Shown: in pieces, positions 43,073 to 54,192 of the stretch
Layout: each line of letters begins with the position of its first letter
Position numbering within the stretch: position 1 is the stretch's first letter
Source of the DNA: an uncultured Gemmatimonadaceae bacterium
GTDB lineage: Bacteria > Gemmatimonadota > Gemmatimonadetes > Gemmatimonadales > Gemmatimonadaceae
Length of the DNA stretch: 64,000 bases
Assembly: GCA_963829055.1 (NCBI GenBank)
Contig: CAWHHI010000016.1
Coordinates: 1-64,000 of the forward strand
Direction: 5' to 3'
The notes under the pieces: model-generated
Databases searched by the model: none
Seen by the model: only the letters and a program-made list of their open reading frames with translations
Told to the model about the DNA's origin: nothing
Translations under genes and position numbers: made by a program

Positions 43073-43417
43073 GTGCCACGTATTCCAACCGGGGCGTATT
43101 TGACTCTATCGACACCGTACTCCGAGTGTCTGGCGCGAGTGCGGTCAGTACTCGTGTTCTTCGCCGCCATCGGCCGGGCGAACGCTGCGGTGCTGGCGGA
43201 GCTGGAATCCGAGGTGAGGTCCACGGTGGAGACGGCGCGCGCGGCCGGCCTCGAGAGCGAAGAGGTGGTTGCGGATCTCGATCGGCTGGCCACAACGACC
43301 TTACCGGCATCCGCCGCCGCCTCGGCGTCCCGGACGATGCGCGGCTGGATCGCCAACGGAGCAGAGCGGCCGAATGCGAACAATTTAACGAGTGGTGGCG
43401 ATGAGCTCACCGCCTGA
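43073..43417 (+). CDS. Small helical hypothetical protein
   Basis: Similar to ORF 23272-23580. Confidence 0.55.
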   Translation: MPRIPTGAYLTLSTPYSECLARVRSVLVFFAAIGRANAAVLAELESEVRSTVETARAAGLESEEVVADLDRLATTTLPASAAASASRTMRGWIANGAERPNANNLTSGGDELTA

Positions 43418-43619
43418 GGATCGGCGACCGCTCATGCAGGCAGGCTGCGACGCATCTGCCTGACGAGTGCGGTAGCGGTATCCGGTAACGCCTCCGTTTC
43501 GCGACTCATCACATTGGGCTGGTCGCAACGGGCGAAAACAACGGTTGTTTCGGGAGCGTCGTTCATGATCCCCGTTACCCCGTTTCCGCACCGTGCCCAT
43601 AGCGCCGTCGCTGCCACCG

Positions 43620-44982
43620 ATGCTCCGCGCCGCAATCGCCGTTGGGTTGTCGGCAGTGCTCATGTGGGCACCATCGCGATTACAGGCGCAGGGTCGCACG
43701 ATACACGGTTCTGTGCTCGCGCCGCAGGCCGACTCCGCGGCGATGGCCCGGTCGGCGTACGGCCGCGCCGTGGCCGCCTATCGGAAGAATGACATTCCCA
43801 CGGCGCGGCTCGAGATGAAACGCGCGGCGGACGCATGGCCAACGCAGGGAGTTTACCTCGAGAACGCGCTCGCGCTCGCGGCGGTGGCGCACGACACGGC
43901 GGATGCGACGCGATGGCTCGAGCGGCTGGCCGATCTTGGACTCGGCAACGCGGTCGCCGGCGATTCGATGTTTCGCGCCTTCACCGGTGCACCGGCGTTC
44001 GACGCCGCGGCCAAGCGACACACCGCCGCGACGGCAGCCGTGGCCAGGAGTCGCGTTAGGCTCACGGTGCCGGATTCGATGCTGCACCCGGAAGGCGTGA
44101 CGTTCGATGCCCGCACGGGTCGGTGGTTCGTGGGGAGCATCCGCCAGCGGCGCGTCGTGGTTGTCGAGAGAGACGGAAACACGCGTGATTTCGTGCAAGC
44201 CGCGTCCGATGGCATTGGCGGCGTGTTCGGTATGGCGGTGGATGACGCGCATCGCACGCTCTGGGTGGCGACGACGTCACTGCCGCGGATGCGGGGGTTC
44301 ACCGCCAGTGACAGTGGACACGTTGGTGTGTACGCCTACGACCTGGACACCGGACGATTGCGTCGAAGCGCGTGGGCGCCGCGTGACTCGTCGACGGCCC
44401 ACACATTCGGCGACCTCGTCGTCGCGCCGAACGGCGACGTGTACGTGTCGGACAGCCAGGCGCCATGGATCTTCAGGCTTCCTGTTGGCGGCGACTCACT
44501 GGTGCGGTTCATGACGCATCCGCTGTTTCGCTCGCTCCAGGGGATGGCGATCACGCCGGACGGAGCGTGCGATGTACGCGGCGGACTATTCGCACGGGCT
44601 TCTGCGCATCGATCTGCGCTCGCGTTCTGCGGTACTGCTTCGTGCGCCGCGACGTGTGACGATGCTCGGCGTGGATGGGTTGTACTTGCATCGCGGTGTT
44701 CTGATCGGGATTCAGAATGGTGTCACGCCAGCCCGTGTCGCGCGGTTCTGTCTCGATGCGGACGGCCGCGGTGTGCGCCGAGTCGATGTGATCGATAGGA
44801 ATCCGGCGTTGGCGGACGAGCCGACGCTGGGTGTGGTGGTGGGCGATTCGCTGTTCTACGTCGCGACGAGTCAGTGGGACAAGTTCGACGACACGGGCGC
44901 GCGAGTCGCGGGCTCGGTGCTGCGTCCCGCGACGGTGCTAGGCGTGGGGCTCGAGACCGCCGATGCCTGTCGTGCGCGGTAG
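43620..44982 (+). CDS. Secreted protein: helical N-domain + SMP-30/gluconolactonase-like beta-propeller (frameshift near 44570)
   Basis: PEGVTFD, FGDLVVAPNGDVYVSDS, SLQGMA, GVDGL, IQNG. Confidence 0.8.
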
Positions 44983-45039
44983 TGACGGCAAGGTGACACG
45001 CAGGGTATCACGGGTGCCTGACGCGAGGAGCGCGGACCC

Positions 45040-46437
45040 GTGGTGCCTAACGCAGGCGGCGCTGCCGCCTTTTCGCTTTCATACGTAGCGACCGCACGCG
45101 CCGCCGTGATCGTCGCGTGTCTCGGGCTCGCCGCATGCGGCGCCGACGCGCCAACCGCATCGGCCGGACCGCCCGCCGCGCTCGAGCGCGTCAGCGGCGA
45201 CGGGCAGAGTGCACCGCCTGGCGCTGCCCTCGAGCAACCTCTCGTCGCGCGGCTCGTCGACGCCGACGGGCGTGCCGTGCGCCGCGCTGAAGTGCGATGG
45301 GAAGCGAGCGCCGGTGAGGTCACTCCCGGCGTCTCCACCACGGACGCGAACGGCGACGCGAAAGCCATCTGGCGCCTCGGGACCGAGACTGGCGCCCAGC
45401 GCGCGACGGCGACCGTCGATGGCCTCGACGCCGTCGTCTTCGTGGCGTTCGTGGACGCGAGCGCGCTTCCGGAGCGCGTTCCGCTGCACAGCATCGCGCT
45501 CGTCACCGCTGACGGGTCCGGGCAGGTCGTGCATCCCGACGTCGTTCTGCCGCCCTTCGAGGCGCTCGACGATACGCCGAGACTCGCGATCACGCCGTAT
45601 CCGTGGGGCAATGCGAACTTCGAGAACCCGTCGATTTTCACCGGCGGCCGCGACACGTGGCGTGTACCGTCGGGCCTAACGAATCCCGTGGTCAAGCCGA
45701 ACGGTGGCTACCTGTCGGACCCGGACATCGTCTGGCTCTCCGATCGCCGCGAGTTCTGGCTCTACTACCGGCACGTGGACACCGAGAATGAAATCCTCGT
45801 CACGTCATCGATCGATGGCGTGCGGTGGGGGCCATCACGCGAGGTGGTGCGTGCGCCGAATCACCAGGTGGTGTCGCCGACGGTGGTGCGGCGAACGCCG
45901 ACCGACTGGCTCATGTGGAGCGTGAACTCGGGTTCGGCCGGGTGCTCGAGCCCGAGCACGACCGTGGAGCTGCGCCGCTCCGTCGACGGCACGTCGTGGT
46001 CATCGCCAACGACCGTCACGCTCTCGCAGCCGGGTGTGTTCCCCTGGCATATCGAAGTGCAATGGATCGCGTCGCTTGGGGAATACTGGGCAATGTTCAA
46101 CGGCAAGGTTGCCGGGTCGTGCACGACGGACGCGCTCTACATCGCCACGAGCGCCGACGGTGTCGCGTGGCGAACGTATCGGTCGCCGGTACTTCGTCGA
46201 GGATCGATCCCGGAGCTCGCGGATGTCGTGTACCGCGCGACGTTCGCGTACGAGGCGGACCGCGACCTCGTCTCCATCTGGCACTCGGGCGCGACGTTCA
46301 CGCCGCGCGGCTACGAGTGGCATGCCGCGTACGAGCGACGACGGCGCGATGACCTGTTCGCCTCCGTGGGTCGCGTCGATGCGGCGTTCATTACGGCATC
46401 CACATCGCCGCCGCTCACCAATGCCACCGCGCCGTGA
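45040..46437 (+). CDS. Lipoprotein with Ig-like domain and beta-propeller glycosidase-like domain
   Basis: LAAC, VSGDGQSA, TTDANG..WRLG; HPD, ENPS, SDPD, repeated S.DG..W motifs. Confidence 0.75.
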   Translation: MVPNAGGAAAFSLSYVATARAAVIVACLGLAACGADAPTASAGPPAALERVSGDGQSAPPGAALEQPLVARLVDADGRAVRRAEVRWEASAGEVTPGVSTTDANGDAKAIWRLGTETGAQRATATVDGLDAVVFVAFVDASALPERVPLHSIALVTADGSGQVVHPDVVLPPFEALDDTPRLAITPYPWGNANFENPSIFTGGRDTWRVPSGLTNPVVKPNGGYLSDPDIVWLSDRREFWLYYRHVDTENEILVTSSIDGVRWGPSREVVRAPNHQVVSPTVVRRTPTDWLMWSVNSGSAGCSSPSTTVELRRSVDGTSWSSPTTVTLSQPGVFPWHIEVQWIASLGEYWAMFNGKVAGSCTTDALYIATSADGVAWRTYRSPVLRRGSIPELADVVYRATFAYEADRDLVSIWHSGATFTPRGYEWHAAYERRRRDDLFASVGRVDAAFITASTSPPLTNATAP

Positions 46438-46546
46438 AGCCGTTGCGAACGCATCGTCAACTTGGGTCAGCGCAATACCGCGGCCGGGTTATTGCCCCTG
46501 CGAACTGGTTCGGTATGGTTTAGAACGAGACCAAAGGGGAGAGCGT

Positions 46547-47173
46547 ATGAGTCCGAAGACGAAGGGAAATGGTGGCCGTCAGACCAGCCAGACGAGCCAG
46601 GGGAATGGCGATACTCGCGGCGTGGCTCAGATGGCGCAGCAGGCGGCCGAAGGCACGCTGCTCTACGAGACGAAGAATCCGCTGCCCGCGGAAACGCGCG
46701 CGCGCTCAGTCGATTTACTGAATCGCCGGCTCGCGGACGCCGTCGATCTGCAGTCGCAGACGAAGCAGGCGCACTGGAACGTGAAGGGGCCGAACTTCAT
46801 CGGGCTGCACAAGCTGTTCGACGAGATCTACGAAGACATCGGCGAATACGTCGATCTCATTGCAGAGCGGGTCGTGCAGCTTGGTGGCATCGCTGAGGGA
46901 ACGGTGCGCTTTGCCGGCCAGCGTTCATCGCTGTCCGAGTATCCCTTGGTGCTCTCGACCGGCGAGGAGCACGTCGCCGCGCTGTCTGATGTGCTGGCGC
47001 AGTTCAGCGGAAGGGCGCGTGAGGCGATCGACCAGCTCGAGGAGTTCGAGGACCCCGATAGCATGGACATCCTCACCGAGGTGTCGCGCGGGGTCGAAAA
47101 ATGGCTCTGGTTCGTCGAGGCGCATCAGCAGACTCGCCCGGTGTCGACGGAAGCCGCGCGGTCGCGGCGGTAA
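46547..47173 (+). CDS. dps: Dps DNA-binding ferritin-like protein
   Basis: KQAHWNVKGPNFIGLHKLFDE, DLIAERVVQLGG, KWLWFVEAH. Confidence 0.95.
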   Translation: MSPKTKGNGGRQTSQTSQGNGDTRGVAQMAQQAAEGTLLYETKNPLPAETRARSVDLLNRRLADAVDLQSQTKQAHWNVKGPNFIGLHKLFDEIYEDIGEYVDLIAERVVQLGGIAEGTVRFAGQRSSLSEYPLVLSTGEEHVAALSDVLAQFSGRAREAIDQLEEFEDPDSMDILTEVSRGVEKWLWFVEAHQQTRPVSTEAARSRR

Positions 47174-47308
47174 CACTCGATAGAAAGCGCGAGGGTGAGT
47201 TGCAGCGTAGTACTCGCCCTCGCGCCCGGCGGGGGCGTCGCCTCACGCACGGGAACGATGTGTACTCAGTACGCGTACTTCTGATTGACTGACCAACGGG
47301 AGAGGTCA

Positions 47309-47803
47309 ATGCGCACAGACACGCACAGCATTGTTCGCGAAGGTGCGATCTCCGGGTTCCTCGGCGCTACAGCGGTCGCCGTCTGGTTCTTCGTCGTGGA
47401 CCTCATAGCCGGCCACGCGCTATACACGCCGAGCGTTCTGGGCGAAGGGTTGCTGAGCGTATTTGGGCGGTCGCCGGAGTCCCAGGCGGTGAACATCATC
47501 GCCTACACGATCTTCCACTATGCGGCGTTCACGCTAGTGGGCATCATCGCGGTCATCCTCGTGCATGCCGGCGAGCGAACGGCGTCGGTGCTCGCAGGGT
47601 CGATGATCTTGTTCGTCGCGATCGAGCTCGGGTTCTACGGCCTGGTCGCATTGCTGCAGGAGACTACGCTGGGGAATCTCGCGTGGTATCAGATCCTGGC
47701 TGGCAATCTCCTCGCGGCGGGGGTGATGGGGACGTACCTGTGGCGTTCTCATCCGGCGCTGCGGTCGGGCATTGTCAGCGCGCTCGACGGAACGGCCGAC
47801 TAG
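47309..47803 (+). CDS. Four-TM membrane protein
   Basis: Hydrophobic segments, RBS GAGAGG. Confidence 0.8.
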   Translation: MRTDTHSIVREGAISGFLGATAVAVWFFVVDLIAGHALYTPSVLGEGLLSVFGRSPESQAVNIIAYTIFHYAAFTLVGIIAVILVHAGERTASVLAGSMILFVAIELGFYGLVALLQETTLGNLAWYQILAGNLLAAGVMGTYLWRSHPALRSGIVSALDGTAD

Positions 47804-48090
47804 TGGATTGTGAGTTGGCCGTTGCTAGCCGGCGATGCAGACCGTATTGCCAGAATTGGCAAAGGCGAAGCCTCCTGTGACGGGTGTGAGGCGCCGTGCG
47901 TTTGCCCATGCTGGCAATGAGGCCGGAATCGCCTGCTATCAACAGCTCACCGTCGCTCCGCTAGTACGAGGCCACAATCCGGATGGCGAGTAGACGAACT
48001 GTCTCGCTCGCCGTGCGCCTCCGGGTGGCGGACGCGGGCGTGGAACGCTTTCTGCTTTTCGGGAGAGCGTCGTAAGCCCGGAGTCCTCTC

Positions 48091-48945
48091 ATGCGCTTGA
48101 TCAGGCGCGGGATGCCGCTTGTCTACGCCGTGCTGGTTGCCAGCGCATGCGGCGTCACCGACACTGACGAGCCATCTCCCGTCGAAGCCGTGGTCGTCAC
48201 GCCGCCGACGTTGGATGTCGGCGTCGGGGGCACGGGCGCACTCGACGCCGAAGTGACCGGCGTTGGCGGTGTCGTGCTCCGCGACCATCGGATCTTCTGG
48301 GCGAGCGCGAATCCGGCCATCGCGACCGTGTCGGACAAGGGCGTCGTCACGGGCGTGGCTGCGGGTCGCGTCGACATTGCCGCAAGCGCGGAAGGGAAGT
48401 CCGGCATCGCCAGCGTGACGGTGGTCGCCGCGCCGGCGAGAGTCGCGTCCGTGAAGATCGCTCCGGATGTCGTCAACCTCGTTGTTGCCGGCATGACGAC
48501 GCTGGTCGCGACGCCATACGACAGCCGCGGCGCTCCGCTCTCCGGGCGCACGGTCGTGTGGACGACCAACAACGCCACGGTCGCCGCGGTCTCGCAGACC
48601 GGGCGCGTCACGGCGCTCATCCCCGGTTCGGCCATCATCACCGCGGTGATCGAGGGGTTCGCCGGACACGCCACCGTCAACGTGGCGCTCGTGCCCGTGT
48701 CGAAGGTGATCGTCTCGCCGTCCAACGTCGCTGTCGGTGTGGACAAGACGACTACTTTTACAGCCCGCGTTACGGATGCCGACGACAACACGCTCACGGG
48801 CCGGGCAGTCACATGGTCCGTCGGCGACACGCGCATCGCGACCATCGATCAGGCGGGCGTCGTGCGGGGTGTCCGTCGCGGGTCCACCACGGTGATTGCG
48901 ACGTCCGAGGGGAAATCCGGTACTGCGACGGTGCGCGTGGAATAG
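48091..48945 (+). CDS. Lipoprotein with three Ig-like (Big_2) repeats
   Basis: ASAC lipobox; three repeats of W...IATV...G.VT.V..G...I.A..EG. Confidence 0.9.
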   Translation: MRLIRRGMPLVYAVLVASACGVTDTDEPSPVEAVVVTPPTLDVGVGGTGALDAEVTGVGGVVLRDHRIFWASANPAIATVSDKGVVTGVAAGRVDIAASAEGKSGIASVTVVAAPARVASVKIAPDVVNLVVAGMTTLVATPYDSRGAPLSGRTVVWTTNNATVAAVSQTGRVTALIPGSAIITAVIEGFAGHATVNVALVPVSKVIVSPSNVAVGVDKTTTFTARVTDADDNTLTGRAVTWSVGDTRIATIDQAGVVRGVRRGSTTVIATSEGKSGTATVRVE

Positions 48946-49026
48946 TCACTGTCGAGCCCGTGCGGAGCGCCGATGGGTACGGTTCGTGCGAACGGTCTGC
49001 GCACAGCCATTCCCGTGAGGTACACG

Positions 49027-49356
49027 ATGGGTCTGCTCGACAATCTTTTCGACAAAGACAAGGACCACGACAAGGACAAGCCCAAGGCGGACTTCTCGGA
49101 CGTGGTCGCTGGCGGCTCGTCGACCGCGCCGCGCGCCGACGTTCCGAATGTGTCGTCGTCAAGCACCGCCGCGCCTAACGTCACCGACCGGGAGCGCACG
49201 TACACCGTGGTTGCCGGCGATACGCTCTCCAAGATCGCGAAGCACGAATACGGCGACGCGTCCAAGTGGCATCGGATCTACGAAGCGAACAAGGACACGA
49301 TCAAGAACCCGGACCTCATCTATCCGGGACAGACGTTCAAGATTCCTGGCGCCTGA
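49027..49356 (+). CDS. LysM domain protein
   Basis: YTVVAGDTLSKIAK.EYG...W.RIYEAN...IKNPDLIYPGQ. Confidence 0.93.
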   Translation: MGLLDNLFDKDKDHDKDKPKADFSDVVAGGSSTAPRADVPNVSSSSTAAPNVTDRERTYTVVAGDTLSKIAKHEYGDASKWHRIYEANKDTIKNPDLIYPGQTFKIPGA

Positions 49357-49372
49357 CCGAGGAGAGCACCCT

Positions 49373-49843
49373 ATGCACCTGCAATTTCACGCGCGCTCGA
49401 CGCGCGTCATGGCGGCGACCGCACTGGCCCTCGCCGCCCTCACTGCCTGCTCGAAGGAGCAGAAAACGGCCGACGGTGATGTGACGCCTGGAGCGGCGGC
49501 CACGACGCCTGCTGCGACGACCGTCGCGGTCGCCGACGTCGATGTCGGGAAGGCCGTGTCGAACGCGCGGGTGACCGACAAGACGGACGACTTCAAGCCC
49601 GCCGACACGGTGTACACCTCCGTGCATACGACGGGCAGCGCGTCGGCCGCGACTGTGATGGCGCGCTGGACGTTCGAGGACGGCCAGGTGGTGCAGGAGT
49701 CGAGTCAGGCGATCGCACCCTCGGGCGATGCGTACACGGAGTTCCACATCTCGAAGGCGTCCGGCCTTCCGAAGGGGAAATACAAGGTCGAAGTGTTCCT
49801 CGACAGCAAGTCTGCCGGAACGAAGGACTTCGAGGTGAAGTAG
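49373..49843 (+). CDS. Hypothetical lipoprotein
   Basis: LTAC lipobox, PKGKYKVEVFLD. Confidence 0.85.
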   Translation: MHLQFHARSTRVMAATALALAALTACSKEQKTADGDVTPGAAATTPAATTVAVADVDVGKAVSNARVTDKTDDFKPADTVYTSVHTTGSASAATVMARWTFEDGQVVQESSQAIAPSGDAYTEFHISKASGLPKGKYKVEVFLDSKSAGTKDFEVK

Positions 49844-49881
49844 GGCGGCCGCTTCACAGCGCCATCGTCGTACTCGAGCGC

Positions 49882-50987
49882 CTAACGCCGCCGCCGGTCA
49901 TCACTCGGCGGCGGCTTTCGCTTACCATACGTGACGGTGAGCAGCGCGAGCAGCTGGACCGTATCGGGCCCGTTCCATGCCCGCTCGTATCGCGCTGACG
50001 CCCGACGCCACCACATCGCCGACCGTCGAATCGGGAACGACGATGAACGGTGACGGCGAGCGAAACGTCGTGTAGCCCTCGAGCCGGCGAGCCACGTCGG
50101 CGTCGATTGCAGTCCGACCAGTTGGAACTGCGACGCGCTCGCAGCACGCTCGTGGCCGAGTCGACGAACGCCGTTCCCATCCAGTCGACGGTCGAGACAC
50201 TCAGGGCTGGCTCGAAGTCGAGGCGTAACACGCGCCCGTCGAGCAGTGTCTCGACGCCCCGCACCGCGAAGCAGTGGTGCTCCCAGAACACCGAGTCGGC
50301 AAGCGCCGAAAGGAATAGCAGCGGCACCGAGAACCCATTCGGCGGCGATCGATGACGCCGCCGGGCCGGTATCGTTCGCCCCACCCGCGTCGACGTCTCG
50401 TCCTCGGTGCCTTCGCGTACGTCGCGAGCACTGCCATTGCGATTGAAGTGGATCGTTCGCCGCTTCTGTTTGATACGAAACGGATACGCCTTGCGGAACG
50501 ACTCGTAACGCTCGGCGCTCATTGCGAAGCTGCCCCAGCGCGACGGCCGCCAGTGCTCTGGTCGCGGCGTCGCCGTCCGCGGCGCACTTGCGGCGCGCGC
50601 GAGTGGCCACGTCGGGAGAGCGTACAGGCGACGCGCGAGAGCGTGAACGTCGCAGTGTCGACAGCGCCTCGGTGGCGTCGGCAGGACGCATGAGCTCGCG
50701 ATCCTCGAACTGGAAGCCGAGCTGACGCACACGGAGCCGTAGCCGGCCGCGATCGGGCCAGCGATACGCGCTTCGCCGTCGCAGTTCGTGAACCGGTGCG
50801 AGGACGCGTCGAGGTCGATGATCTCTGCGTTAGGCAACGGTTGCCCGCTCGTGGCTTCCACGACTCGCACGAGCAGAACGGCGCTCTCCGTAACGCTAGC
50901 GGCGTGGCGCGATGCAGTCACGCTCGGATACGGCTCGAGGATGCCAACGCCGACTAATGCGATGACTGCGAACAGCCGTATGGTCAT
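49882..50987 (-). CDS. Carboxypeptidase-regulatory-like domain secreted protein (many frameshifts)
   Basis: VVEATSGQPLPNAEI, RQLGF, FWEHHCF, LDFEP. Confidence 0.65.
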
Positions 50988-51576
50988 CCGAGCTCCGCTG
51001 GGTAGCGCGACAATATAGTTAGTGTGCCGATTGCAGTCGACTTGGAAACAGCTGGGCGCGCAGAGAACAGCAACTGCAACGGCTTTTTCACGCCGCTGGA
51101 CGCGGGACGACTGCTTCATCAACCATCCGGACGGACCGCTTCGACACGACATCCAGCATCGAGAGTGTGGACGGAAACGGCCGGAAACGACTGAAAGGGC
51201 CTGATCCCATCTCGACCCGGACAGACCGTTGAGCGGCGCGCCCGTTCCCTTTCCGTCACGGCTCGTTGCGCCACCGCGTGTCCTGCGATTGCCCATCCGC
51301 CCGATCCGATGTTTCCGGTCGTTTCCGTCGGCATCCTCTGTTCTGGATGGCTGGTGAAGCAGTCTCCGCGTCCTCTGCGGTGATTGGCCGTTGCAATCGT
51401 TGTCATCTGTCCACGCCCGTCACCGTCGGAATGGGGGAATGGCCGGAAGCAGCCGCGTGCCACCGGTGCCCTTGCTCGCGCGCAGGCCAGTACGCGAACT
51501 TGGCCTGCATGCAGCAATTCCCGAATGCCGGCGACCTCGATGCACGGCTCGTCCGCGAAGTCAGGATGGAAAGGCC

Positions 51577-53020
51577 ATGACCGTCACCACGGCCGCACCC
51601 GCGGGAGCCGTGACGCGTCAACTCGCCGGAGTTTCTCGCCGACGGCGTCGCTACGACGACCTTCCGCCGGACGTCCTCCACGAGACGCTATCGCGCCACG
51701 CTCGACTGGTTCGGGTCGGCGCTGGCCGGATCGCTCGAGCCACCCGCACGTTTCGCCCAGGGCGTCGCGCGCAGTCTCGGCGCGTTCGGACGACGCGACC
51801 ATGTTCGGCGCCGGACGCGCATCGGCCGCCGCTGCCGCGTTCGCGAACGGCGTGGCGTCGCACATCCTCGAGCTCGACGACGTCCACAAAGGGCTCGACG
51901 CTCCACGCCGCCGCGCCGGTCATCCCCGCCGCGTTAGCGGTCGCCGAACGCGAGCGAGCGAGCGGGCGCGCGTTCTCGCTGGCGGTCGCGGTCGGCTACG
52001 ACGCCGCGCTTGCGCATCGGCGAAGCGGTCAATCCGAGTCATTACCGCTACTGGCATCCGACGGGCACCGTGGCGACGTTCGGCGCGGCCGCGGCGGCCG
52101 GCTCGCTGCTCGGGCTCACGCGCCGCGCAGATGCTCGACGCGCTCGGCAGCGCCGGCACGCAGGCGGCGGGGCTGTGGGAGTTCAACGCCGACGGCGCGA
52201 TGAGCAAGCATCTCCATCCCGGCAAGGCGGCGTTCAACGGCGATTCTCGCCGCCGATCTCGCGCGCGCAGGCTTCACCGGCGCAGCACGGATTCTCGAAG
52301 GCGAGCGCGGATTCTTCCGCGCGACCGCGTCCGCGTGCTGACGCGACGCGAATTACGGACGCGCTCGGGCGATCGGTGGAAGATCACGGAGAACTGCTAC
52401 AAGCTGCACTCGTGCTGCGGGCACACGCACACCGCCATCGATGTCGCGCTCGATATCCGCGCCGAGCGCCGGTGGTCGGCGCGTGACGCGCTCGACGCGA
52501 TCGTCGCCGCGTGGACGTCGAGACGTACGGGCCGGGCTACGAGATCGTGAGCGATCCGAACCCGAGCACGCCGTATCGGGCGAAGTTCAGCATCGCGTAC
52601 TGCGTCGCTGCGGCGCTCGCGGAGGGAGCGCGTGAACCTCGAGCAGTTCTGCTCCGAGCGCTTCGGCGACGATGGCGTCGTCGAACCGGCGATCGCCGCG
52701 CTGCTTCCGCGCATTCACGTGAGCGTCGCGCGATGATCTGACCGCGAAGTACCCCGCGACGTGGCCGACGCGCGTTGCGGTCACGCTCGAACGACGGCAC
52801 GACGCTGCGTGGCGCCAGCGACTATCCGCGCGGCAATCCCGAGAATCCCGTGTCCACCGACACGCTCGAGGAGAAGTTCGTCGAGCTCGTCGCGCCGCGG
52901 CTGGGCGATGCGTTCGCGCAGCGTGCGCTGGCGACCGTCCGGTCGCTCCACGATAGCTGCCGGACGTCCGCGACGCTGTTCGCGGAGCTGTTCACGACCA
53001 GCCGTCGGCCTAACGAATGA
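51577..53020 (+). CDS. MmgE/PrpD family protein (many frameshifts)
   Basis: NGVASHILELDDVH, WHPTGT, KHLHPG, KLHSCCGHTH, KFSI, PRGNPENP. Confidence 0.88.
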
Positions 53021-54192
53021 GCCGACATCAATCCCGCGCGCACGGCGAGTACCACGAGTATCGGGAGTCCGTTCGCGAGCTGTGCCGAGGCTTCGGCAGC
53101 GACTACTGGCAGCGCATGGAGGCGGACGCGACGTATCCGGAAGCGTTCGTCCGTGCGCTCACCGAGGCCGGCTGGCTCTCGGCGCTCATCCCCACGGAGT
53201 TCGGGGGCGGCGGACTCGGCGTCACCGAAGCGTCGGTGATTCTCGAGGAGATCAACCGGTCCGGCGCGAACTCCGGCGCGTGCCACGCGCAGATGTACAT
53301 CATGGGCACGCTGCTGCGGCACGGATCGGACAGCGCAGAAGCAGCGGTATCTGCCGCGCATCGCGTCCGGTGAGCTGCGCCTGCAGTCGTTCGCGGTCAC
53401 CGAGCCGACGACGGGCACCGACACGACGCGCATCAGCACGTTCGCGCGTCGCGAGGGCGATCGCTACGTCGTGAACGGGCAGAAGGTGTGGATCTCGCGC
53501 GTCCAGCACTCCGATCTCATGCTGCTCCTCGCGCGCACGACGCCGCTGCCGACGTGAAGAAGAAATCGGAGGGGCTGTCGGTCTTTCTCGTCGATCTCGA
53601 GGCGGCAGGGCAGAAGGGGCTGACCGTGCGGCCCGATCCGCAACATGGTGAACCACGAGACGAACGAGGTGTTCTTCGACGAGCTTCGAGATCCCGGCGG
53701 AGAATCTCATCGGCGAGGAGGGGAAGGGGTTTCGCTACATCCTCGACGGCATGAACGCCGAGCGCATTCTCATCGCCGCCGAGTGCATTGGCGACGGCTA
53801 CTGGTTCGTCGATCGCGCGCGGACGTATGCGTCGTCGCGCGTGGTGTTCGACCGACCGATCGGCCAGAACCAGGGCATCCAGTTTCCGATCGCGACGCGC
53901 GTACGCGCACGTCCGCGCGGCTGATCTCATGCGGTACGAGGCGGCGCGTCTGTTCGACGACGGCCAGCCGTGCGGCGCCGAGGCGAACATGGCGAAGATG
54001 CTCGCGGCCGACGCGTCGTGGGAGGCGGCGAACGTGTGTCTGCAGACGCACGGCGGCTTCGGCTTCGCGGCGGAGTACGACGTCGAGCGCAAGTTTCGCG
54101 AGACGCGACTCTATCAGGTCGCGCCGATCTCGACGAATCTGATCCTTTCGTACCTCGGCGAGCATGTGTTAGGCATGCCGAGGTCGTTCTGA
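53017..54192 (+). CDS. Acyl-CoA dehydrogenase (frameshifted)
   Basis: IPTEFGG, CHAQMYIMG, QSFAVTEP, NGQKVW, QTHGGFGFAAEYDVERKFRE. Confidence 0.92.
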
